In this document: piece after piece, positions 1 to 9,000 of the stretch
How the letters are laid out: the number at the start of each line of letters is the position of its first letter
How positions within the stretch are numbered: the first letter of the stretch is position 1
Source: Candidatus Cloacimonadales bacterium
Lineage (GTDB): Bacteria > Cloacimonadota > Cloacimonadia > Cloacimonadales > JAFGVF01
Direction of reading: 5' to 3'
DNA length: 64,000 bases
Assembly (NCBI GenBank): GCA_963662585.1
Contig: OY759729.1
Coordinates: 128,001 to 192,000, forward strand
The notes under the pieces: model-generated
Seen by the model: only the letters and a program-made list of their open reading frames with translations
Database searches by the model: none
What the model was told of the DNA's origin: nothing
Translations under genes and position numbers: made by a program

Positions 1-3000
1 ACCTAAGTTAGAATCAACTCTAAACCACATTTCCACAGCGAAGCTTCCACCGTATAATTGAATTGAAGCTCTATTTCTGATATAGCCATAATCAACTGTT
101 GAAGAGTTAAATCCATCGACTTCAAACATCTTACCGAAATTATCTTTAATATTCCAAGTGAGATTATTTCCACCAGTATTGCTTAACTCTAAAGTTTCAG
201 TAATAGTTTCTCCCACGCTCATAGCAACTTGATATTCATTAGGATTATAAGTAACTTGAGGAGCTATTGATCCTTGGCCACTAACTGGAATAACTAAAGT
301 AGCTTGGTTATCAGCATTACTTATAATAGTTATGTTTCCTGTATATTGCTCAACATTAGTTGGACTAAAAGTAACATTAAATACTAACTCTTCATTAGTA
401 TTCAAAATACTTCCTGCATAATCAGAATCTAATATAAAGTTAAGATTATCAGAAGTAATTTCTGTAATCTCAAGAGCAGCAGGTCCTACATTGCTTACTA
501 TTATTGACTTACTATCAGGAGTAATTGTGTAAATATTGCCAAAATCAATGTTACTCTGTGAAACTTCGATATAAGGTACATTAGCAATACCAATACCTGT
601 CAGGGATAAAACTAAGGCAGGAGTATTTGTTGCATTGCTAAAAATACTTAATTCACCTTCTACTTGACCTAAAGCTGAAGGAGTAAATGTGACTATTACT
701 TCTTGAGTTTCATTAAAAGCTATACTTGCAGAATCTACATTGCTTATGAAATCTGCATGATTACTATTAATTTCAGTAATTACCAAATCAGCATGACCTG
801 TATTTGTAATAGATAGAACTTCTTCTTTGCTTTCATTTTCTAGAACTGTACCAAAATCAAGAATTTGATTCTCTACTAAGATTTCAGATTCGAAAGGTTT
901 AACTTCAAAGTTGGAAGTTAAAAGTGCTTGTTGAAGATTACTGATATTATCATAGACAATGACTTGAAGTTCATAAATTCCAGGTGTATAATAGTCTGCT
1001 ATTTCTAAGCTTTCGCTAATAGCATCACTTTGAGTTCCATTGATAGTGAAAACCCTCGAGCTACCAGTAACTATTGTTTGCCAAGGCGAATAGATTGTAG
1101 TCTCTACTCTAATTTCTTGAGAAGAAAGATTAGTATCTATCTCTTCAGTAACTTCCACAGTTGCTCCAGCATAATAAGAACTCTTATCTAAATCGATATA
1201 TCTAATAGAAGCATTAAGACTACTATTATCATAGCTTAACTGTCCCCAATCTACTTTGATAGTATTACCTACGAAATCTGTATCAACCTGAATTTCCACT
1301 TTATTAACTAAAGTACTACTTAGATAACTAGGCTCAAGATCAAATAGAGTAGTTGTCCAACTATTAGCTATTCCTCTTAATTCACCAAGGATATAACCAT
1401 TTAGATAAACAGAATGAACTCCTCCATTAGTATCATCTACATTCCAAGCTCTAATACTTAGATTAACTGTTTCTGGATCAGGATTATTACTAAATATATT
1501 AAATTCAATTGGAGCATTATTATTATTATAACCAATATTGATATCTAAATCATTATCGGCAAGCCCTTCCCCACTATTGTTTTCATTATCAAAGTCAGTA
1601 ACATTATAGACCTCTCTCACAAGCTCAAAATCTACTGAAGTTGACTCACTGCCTGGAACATTACTTACTACCTCAAAAGAGCTGTTGTAGATGCCTGCAA
1701 CTAAAGTTCCAGGATTAACTGTAATAGTTATTGTCTGTTCACTTTCAGGTGCTAGTTGACCCATAAATGGATTGAAGCTTATCCAGCTATCATCAGCATT
1801 GAGATTATACTCTAAAGTAGAAGCACCATTGTTTCTAATTATAATAGTCTCTGTATCTACTCCATTTCCTAAAACATAGAAATCTAAAGCTTGAGCTAGA
1901 ATTTCAATAGCTGGTGGATTGATTGCTTGACCAAAGAGAGAAATTACTAAAGGATTATGAAGATAATCTGTGGAATTAATATTCAAAGAAGCATCATCAT
2001 TACCAATAGCTTCCGGATTAAATGTTACTTCAATACTTCTACTCTGCCCTACTGGTATTGTAAAATTCTGATAATTAACAGAATAATAGTTTCCTGTTGT
2101 TGAGATATTGTTCACTATAAGTGGTGAAGTTCCTATATTACTTATTACTAGTGGTAAAGTTTCATTACTATTAGTAAAGACATAACCGAAATCTAACGAA
2201 GTGGTAGAAACTTCAATTTCAGGTAAACCAAGCACTGTCATAAGAACAGATATTTGAATATTATCTTGATAAGGATTATTATGGCTAATCTCTATATTAG
2301 CATGATAAATTCCTGCTACTAAAGTCTCTCCAGAGAAAGTAAGATTAACTATTTGACTTCCTTCAGGTGTTACAACTCCTATTGTCTCAGAGATATCCAC
2401 CCAGGTACTTATTCCTTCCTCAGCATAAGTTACAGATTCAATCGCCCACTCTAAATCACCTAGTCCAGTATTTTCTATGGTTAAAGTACTAGGGAAAGAT
2501 TCTCCAGTTAAGACTGAAATTGTATATTCTTCCGGTCTTACAGCTATTTGCGAAGTTGGATAAAGCTCTACTAGGAAACTCATACTAAGTTGATCCGAGT
2601 GATTATTATAAGCAGTAAGTTCTATCTCTGCTAAACCATACATATCTTCAGAGAAACTTAATGTCAATGTTGTATCATCTAAAGAAGTTGTTACTAGCTC
2701 TTCATTTGTATTTCCAGTAATAACGAAAGAATTTATCTCACTGTCTATATCTCCAAATCTATCGATTAAGGAGATGATAATGTTATCACTATTCATAGGT
2801 TCAAGAAGATCATCAATCTGATTCTGAATATATATCGGATCATCTACTGGAGTAACTATTACTTGAACACTATCACTAGCTATAGCTCTAGATTTACTGA
2901 CATTTACTCTGGCAATCCCTTCTCCTGCTTGATCATCAACAGTGAAGTAAAGGACTTCACTACCATTCCAATCAGGCATAGCTGAGAAAGTTACCATAAA

Positions 3001-6000
3001 GCCATCAATGGAAGTATAGATATAATCACCTAAATTACTAGATAATATTAATTGGTCTTCTTCATCAATATCTGTGATGTATTCTGAGAAATCGACCTCT
3101 AAATTACCATCTTCAGCAAAGGTGAAGCTATCCGGAAGAGTTAAGTATGGATTATGGTTAACTGCGTTTATGGTAATATAATCTTCTTTTGTCTCTGTCA
3201 CCGAACCACTATTATTACTTATCGTAAGAGATACTGTAAATACCCCGGATTCTGTATAAGTGTGATATGGATTCTCCTCTGTAGAAGAATTTCCATCTCC
3301 AAAATTCCAATAATAAGAAGTTATGTTACCTTGAGATTGGTTAATGAATTGGATCTCATCAAACTGTGTTGGATTTGTATCTGTAACATTAAATTCTGGT
3401 GTTAGATTTAATATTGCCATTATATAGTTTGAACCATACCATGAACCAAGCGAGATTAAATAATTATCTATATTAGCATGAGCTAAATAACTACTAGGCC
3501 GGTTATGTTCATGACGAGATGCATAATAATATCTTGTACTTGAGTAAGAAGGGTCACCATTTCTTTTTACATAAGCACTATTTCTATAATTTGGTAACCC
3601 AATACCATCATATAAAGCTAGCAAATCGCCACCATCGTTGTAGTAAGAAACTAAATCATTCCAATCTGCAACGCGATAATCACTTCCAAGAAGATCATTA
3701 ATTATCTGGTCCCAGTTCGATGAATCTTGATAATTTAAGGTTGTTCTAGCATACTCCTCATAGATTATTACACTATTTTGAATTGTTATATAATCTTCTT
3801 TAGTCTCAGTATTACTACCAATTTCATCAGAAACTGTCAAAGATACAGTATATAAACCTGCATTTTGATAAACATGGATAGGGTTTTCTTCTAAAGAGCT
3901 GTTACCATCTCCAAATTCCCAATAATAATCTGCTTCTCCTTCGGTCGATAGATTATTAAATTGAATCTCTTGACCTGTTATAGTGCTAGTTGTAGAAGCA
4001 TCAAAGTCGACTAATAATTGATATATTTCTATCTCAACAGCATTAGAAGCTTCAGATTCCCCTTCATCATAAAGAGCTGTAACATTATAACTATAGCTAT
4101 GACCATGTACTAAATTTGTATCACTAAAAAGAGTGTCTAGAACGACCTCATCATTTAACTGAATACTATCACGATAAACATTATAGCCTTGTAAGGCTCT
4201 ACTTTCTTGACTTTGAGAATCTACTGCAGACCATGTTAAAATAACTGAACCATTAACAATATTAGCTTGCAAGTTAGCTGGTGGTGATGATAGTTGAGTT
4301 TCATATCCTTCCCAGGCTAGATGAGGATAATCATTGGCTACAAATGTCCAAATATCCTCTTCCCCATTCTCTGTTTCGTCAGTAAAATCCCAGCCGGCAT
4401 CTATATAGGTTGAAAGGGTTTGCATTTCTGGTGTTGTTAATCCTGTTCCACCTTGACTTGTTGTTTGATTGGAGATATTGATATCCCAGAAGGAGTTATT
4501 TATTGAACCATTATATAGAATACCAATAAAACCACCAACATAAGAGTTTCCAGCAACATTTCCTGTTGAGTAACAATTGTTTATTTCTATTGCATCATAG
4601 ACTCCAAGCAAACCACCAACAAAAGAATTTCCATTTACAGTTGCTTTGGAATAACAGTTTCCTATGGTTGAAGAGTATGATGAATTTCCCATTAATCCAC
4701 CTACATTGATACTACCATTTACTGTTCCCTTGGAGTAACTACCAATAATTGTTGAAGAATGAAAATAGCCTACTAAACCACCAACATATTTTATTCCATT
4801 CACAGAACATAAGGCAAAGCTATTCACAATATTTGACGAAAGAGAATGTCCTATTAATCCAGCAACTTGCTCATTTCCCGTTGTTTCTATATTGACTAGA
4901 CCAATATTAGATATATCCGCGTTTTCGATGTAACCGAAGAAACCAATACAGATAGTAGTAGGTCTGTTTATATAAAGATTTGAGATTTTATAACCTTGAC
5001 CATTATAGATTCCTTTGTACGAATTATAATTAGAAGAACTTAAATAGTAACCAATCGGACTAAACCCTGCCCCTTCATCCCAATTTTGAGTATCAGAAGC
5101 ATCGATATCAGCAGTCTGCTCAATATAAACTCCCTCAGCCCAATAATTGTTATTCTGACTAAGTATATATAAATCAGTTAAATTATCTATTAAATATGGA
5201 TTAGCTTCTGTTCCTTCTCCACTTAAAAATAGATAAATAGCTTCAACTTCTACTTGATTCGAAGCATCAGATTCCCCTTCATCATAAACAGCTGTTACAT
5301 AATAATTATATGTATGGCCATGTTCTAAATCTGTATCACTAAAGAGAGTGTCTGTAACGACCTCTTCATTAATCTGAATACTATCACGATAGACATTGTA
5401 GCCTTGTAAGGCTCTACTTTCTCGCGATTGTTGTAGGGGTGCAGACCATGTGAGATTTATAGATCCGTTTATAGAAGAAACTTGAAGATTAGAAGGAGCT
5501 ACTAATTCTAACTCACCTTCACCAAAATAAATATTGTCTATATCAAAATAATAGTCATTGACTGTATCATCATTCATTTCAAATCTAAAAATTACCGATT
5601 GATTTGCATAAGAACCGATATTAATTGAATAGGTAGCATATTCAATTGAATTAACATGATTTATAGCGTTTATTTGGTTTATTGCAGTAAAAGTATAGCC
5701 TCTATTAGTTGAAACTGTTGTTATAAAGTAATCATGATTCTCAATTAGAACAGTGGCAGGATGTGGAGCACTATAATCTACAATTCTATAATCGAAAGTA
5801 AGTACAGAGTTTGATGTAATGTTATTCATAGACTGGAATTGAACAAAAGCATTAGAAGAAGTACTATAAATATTTTTACACAGAGTATTATTGGTATTAC
5901 CATGTCCTGATTCAGTTATACTCATATTTGTGTTTGTAATATAAGTAACTGGAACTGTTGTAGATCCTTCGAAATCGATAGTAACAGGCATTGGAATAGT

Positions 6001-9000
6001 TGGGTCAGGAATTGTAGTAAATGACCAAACTAAGACACCTTCAGTAGGTTGACCAACAACATTATAAGGAAGAACTTTCCAGTAATAAGTTGTTTCGTAA
6101 TCTAAGCCACTGTAAGCATAGCTTGTTCCAGCTTGATCTACAGGAGTTGTTGTAGCAAATGTTTCATCTGTTGATAAGTAAACATTATATCCACTTGCAC
6201 CAGTAGCAGTTGACCATGTTAAACTTCCACTAAGTGGTCTATTAGTTGATGCATCTGCAGGGTCTAAATAAGTAACAGCAGTAGGAGCAGAACCAAGGGT
6301 AGTAAAGGTCCAAGTAGCAACTAAGGTATCAGCAGTTTCACCAGAGTAATTGCGGTTAATAACTTTCCAGTTATAAGTTGCATTTGGAACTAGATCAGTT
6401 GCTTGATAAGAGTTAACAGCTACAACATTATCAAGAACTAGTTGCATTTCACGAGCACCTTCTACCCCAAGCCATAAGTCTATAGTCTCAGTATAGTTAG
6501 CATTTGTCCAAGCAAGAGTTAAGCTAGTAGGTATATCAATAGCTTCATCAGTAGGTGATGGAGAAGTAGCAGCTGCTGGAGCTGGTAGGGCATCAGCTGT
6601 TAAGTTGATAGTATAATCAATACTTTGCGGTGAAGGATAACTTGAAATAATTAGATAATAAGGTCCAGCAGGAATAATCTCATTAGTATAAGTCAAAGTT
6701 GTACTTGAAGAAGTTTTTGATAATATAACTTCAGCAGGAGTAGTTGCATTAGGTTCATCTCCAAGAATGAAAGCACCAATCCAGCTACCTGTTGTAGTTA
6801 TTGTACCATTAAGCAACATTGTATTTGCTAAGGTAAATTGATAAACAACATCATCTCCATTCAGATAAGAACTACTTGGAGAAATCCAAGTAGATGAATA
6901 GTCATCAACAAAGTCAATAGTATTACCTGTAACATCAACAGCAGGCAAGGTTAAAGGAAGTGGATCGGCACAAGTAGAACCTTGTGGTGGTAGCCATCCT
7001 GAACCTGTAAGAGTAACTTCATTAGCATTTCTGTTGGTGTTTCTGGCTTTAGAATTAGTATTAAGAACAATTCTTCTACCAAGGTCATCATTAATGACTA
7101 AAGTAGCTACTTTAGCACCAAAAGCATCAGGAGTAAAGGTAACAGTTAATTCTAATGTTTCACTGTTCTCTAAAGCCATGTCTGGTGTTTCTTCAACATA
7201 ATCCCAGGCAAAGAGAGCTGCATCAGTTCCGATAATTCCAATATTACCAATATTTAATGTACCAAAACCAACATTAGTTATTGATACCCTTTGTGCACTT
7301 GAAGATTGTAATACTGGAACATCCCCGAAATCTATCTCACTTACACTTAGTTCAGCTAAAGGGCCTTCAGGAATTTCTTCAAATGTTATATTATCAAGAT
7401 ATACATAGTCATAGGTAGTTGCAAAAACTGGAAGGAATACAATTCTTTCATTAGCAAGAGCAGCTTCAAATTCGACAACGGTTTGCTCATAAGTTAATGG
7501 CACAGCAAAAGTATCAACAACTGTAAGTGTTGTAAAATCTGTATCATACTTTGCTAAGATCATGTCTGTTCCAGCATCACCTTTCATCCAGAATCTTAAT
7601 CTGTAACCACTCAAATCAGGAACAAGGTTAGGAGATATTAACTGAAGACTAGCCGCAACATCATTAGCATTAGAGAATCTGATAGCTGCAGTACCATCTT
7701 GGACATTACTAGTAGTATTATTCAATGTTATGCTTGCAGTAGTTGAACTAGATTCAATAATCGTAGACCAACCAAGGAGATCACCTTCGAAAGATTCGTT
7801 CCAAGGTAAATCACTAGCATAGATATTTGTATCTATTGAATTCCCAACTAATTCTACTGTATGAATGGCTCTATTTTGATCATCAGTAATGACTAATTGA
7901 GCTGTATGGTCTCCCTCAGTAGTAGGAGCATAAAGAACTTGAACTGCGATATTCTCTGAAACCTCAAGACTTGCTGGATAAGTATTATTATCAGTTAGTA
8001 GGAATTGATTAGCATTTGTTCCTGTAAGAGAAAGACCATTAATGCTAAGAGTTGCGAAACCAAAATTTGAAATAGTCAAGTTTTGAACAGCACTTTCAGT
8101 ACCCATTATTTGATCAACAAAGTTTAAAGTATCGGCACTGACTGCAAATACAGGTTCAAGTGATAATTCTTGGAAAGTAAATCCAGAAACAGGTCTGTAT
8201 GCTTTTAGAGTACCTGAAGGGATACTACCAGGGAAGCTAGTATAATAATTTGTTCCATCACTGCGTTGGGTTAATGATCTATTTCCTGCTACAGGATAGT
8301 TATAGAATTCATCTGAATTACTATGATATCCTGATTGTGTAGCAAAGAAAAGTACAACTAAATTATCTGTATTATTATAGATAAATGGACTATTAAAATC
8401 GAATGTCACAATTGCTTCGCTAGTAGTAACATTCATAGTTCCACTATATACATGTGTAAAATCATCTAGTTCCCAGTCATAAGTATCAGCAAAAGTATCT
8501 TTGCTTGTATGTTTTAAGTAAATTTCAACAGTCTCTGACCAAGCTGAGTTTTTGTTATAGAGATAAGAAATTGAAGTAATAGCTGAACCGTCAATATTCA
8601 ATTCTTCTTGAAGATAGATATTTTGAGTAATTGTATAGCCATAATAAGGTTCCATTGGCATACTCTGATTTACAGTTCTTACACCATCAAATACTAAATC
8701 AGCAGCAGGGAAAGGTGATAGACCTGTTGTAAATGACCATATTTCAATACCTTCAATTGGCATTCCTACCACATTATATGGAACAATTTTCCAATAATAT
8801 CTAGTATCATAATCACTACTATAAGCATAACTTGTAGCAGTTTGATCTACAGGGGTGACGCCAGTAAAAGTATCATCTGTTGAGAAATAGACATAGTATC
8901 CATCAGCACCTGTTACAGAAGCCCAAACGATATTACCAGTAAGGGCAACACCAGTAGTATCATCTGCAGGGGAAGTATAAACTGCAGCTGCAGGAGCTTC

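Noticed and set aside
3154..3701. Short plus-strand ORFs in the ORF track (and similar antisense ORFs over hndC, selA, selB, purH, folA, dnaX, rel)
   Set aside because: Shadow ORFs opposite well-supported long genes.
3165..5510. Diversity-generating retroelement template/variable repeat pair
   Set aside because: Both repeat copies are coding, differences are not restricted to adenines, and no reverse transcriptase is present in the window.
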